Part shown: positions 62,984 to 64,000 of the stretch, piece by piece | Layout of the letters: each line of letters opens with the position of its first letter | Position numbering within the stretch: the first letter of the stretch is position 1 | NCBI GenBank assembly: GCA_016199085.1 | Contig: JACQHJ010000004.1 | Span: 16,926-80,925 of the forward strand | Direction of reading: 5' to 3' | Length of the DNA: 64,000 nucleotides | Source: Candidatus Levyibacteriota bacterium | GTDB taxonomy: Bacteria > Patescibacteriota > Microgenomatia > Levybacterales > UBA12049 | The notes under the pieces: model-generated | Databases searched by the model: none | The model's input: only the letters and a program-made list of their open reading frames with translations | What the model was told of the DNA's origin: nothing | Translations under genes and position numbers: made by a program

Positions 62984-64000
62984 ATGACTCCAGATCGGCC
63001 AAGAATAGGCGTAATTCCTCACCCAGATTGGGATCATATTAATTGGTATTCCGAGCAAGAATTGGTAAGAGCGGCTTATATGCTTATTCCAAGATATCAT
63101 GCAATTGAGGAAATGACACATCGAACAACTGTCTTGCACCACGCTTTAAGAGTCCAAGCAACATCTGTACACTTTTCCCAAATGCTTTTAAATCTTGGAG
63201 TTGAAATACATCAGCCAAAAATTATTTTTCTTTCCGATCATCATGATGATTGCGAAATGGTTACGGGAGATATTCCAACCCCTGTAAAAACAAATGCAAC
63301 GCCCGAAGAAAGAGAACAAATAGACAAAGATGAGATAGAAGCAGCATTGCTGGTAGAAGATTTAGTCGCCAAGCCAAAGTTTATACCGTCATTCCAAGTA
63401 GTAGTCGACGAGTTTAGGGAGCAACGCACAATTGAAGCAAGAGTGGTAAAATTTGCAGACAAATGGGACGGTTTGCAAGAAGCGGTTCATGAAGTAGTAA
63501 CAGGAACAAATAAAGATGGGTTTAAACAGGTAATCCGCGAGTATGAGGCAAAGTTTAGAGATTTACGGGAGCAAAACAGGGATTGGCAGGATATTGTAAG
63601 TCACATTATCGGAGAAGCTTTTTTTGAGTTTCCCGATCCTGAAACTCTTTCTCCAAAAACCATACCCCAGTTAAGTTTTAGAACGCCTGAAGATTTTATT
63701 GAAAGTCTTTGTCAGGGTAACCCTGCAAGTTATAGATATTGGCTCATTTTTAATAGGATCGCTTTTGGCCTGGACTTTTTAAAACAGGTATTTCCTGGCT
63801 GGATGGGCGCTTTTCCAAATAATGTACTGGAAGATATTGAAAGAGTAAGGCAAGGTAGGCCAAGAAAAAGAGCATCAGGCCTTATTTTGCCATCGACATA
63901 CATTGATCCGAATGAAGTTGATTTTGGAAAACCGCTTTTACAAATGACAATAGATGATACGCTTACAGAGATTGACGAATTAGCAGAAGTTATAAATAGG
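62984..64000 (+). CDS. HD-domain phosphohydrolase (YfbR-like), 3'-partial; absent from the ORF track
   Basis: ATG62984 opens a frame that runs to the window end, with TVLHHALRV, HHDDCEMVTGDIPTPVK and EARVVKFADKWD motifs. Confidence 0.8.
   Translation, partial: MTPDRPRIGVIPHPDWDHINWYSEQELVRAAYMLIPRYHAIEEMTHRTTVLHHALRVQATSVHFSQMLLNLGVEIHQPKIIFLSDHHDDCEMVTGDIPTPVKTNATPEEREQIDKDEIEAALLVEDLVAKPKFIPSFQVVVDEFREQRTIEARVVKFADKWDGLQEAVHEVVTGTNKDGFKQVIREYEAKFRDLREQNRDWQDIVSHIIGEAFFEFPDPETLSPKTIPQLSFRTPEDFIESLCQGNPASYRYWLIFNRIAFGLDFLKQVFPGWMGAFPNNVLEDIERVRQGRPRKRASGLILPSTYIDPNEVDFGKPLLQMTIDDTLTEIDELAEVINR

Noticed and set aside
4744-63462. Numerous 60-180 aa ORFs antisense to or nested within long genes
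   Set aside because: They lie opposite well-supported genes and show no recognisable motifs, so they are treated as shadow ORFs.
1-64000. Alternative genetic code (UGA recoding as in Gracilibacteria/Absconditabacteria)
   Set aside because: Conserved genes are full length in code 11, TGA terminates genes such as smpB, mutM and the VirD4-like ATPase, and Trp is encoded by TGG.

Overview
AT-rich, gene-dense bacterial chromosome segment read in the standard genetic code. Gene content points to a Patescibacteria/CPR genome, most likely Microgenomates (inference): tandem PBP1A genes, stand-alone 5'-3' exonuclease, ATP-dependent DNA ligase, archaeal-type UMP kinase, VirD4-like ATPase and many leaderless-type promoters. 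Most CDS are housekeeping (smpB, rpiB, rpe, pgk, gap, nrdR, nrdJ, murI, murD, tgt, trpS, ftsH, mutM, pyrH, recF, gpsA, pth). The notable signals are mostly non-coding or hidden inside genes. (1) A TrpR-operator plus Trp-leader-peptide attenuator controls a sulfotransferase-fold gene instead of trp biosynthesis genes. (2) A very compact cobalamin-riboswitch-like RNA lies between the nrdR-nrdJ-HAD-pduO cluster and two uncharacterised Cys-rich genes. (3) A 190-nt group I intron sits in an atypical initiator tRNA-Met. (4) There are three inteins, two in NrdJ and one next to the FtsH pore loop. (5) There is a tRNA-Ile(UAU). (6) The tmRNA encodes a 30-residue tag and is followed by a probable small Fic-carrying islet. 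No CRISPR array, rRNA or intact transposase was seen. All calls come from reading the sequence by eye; no database search was run.
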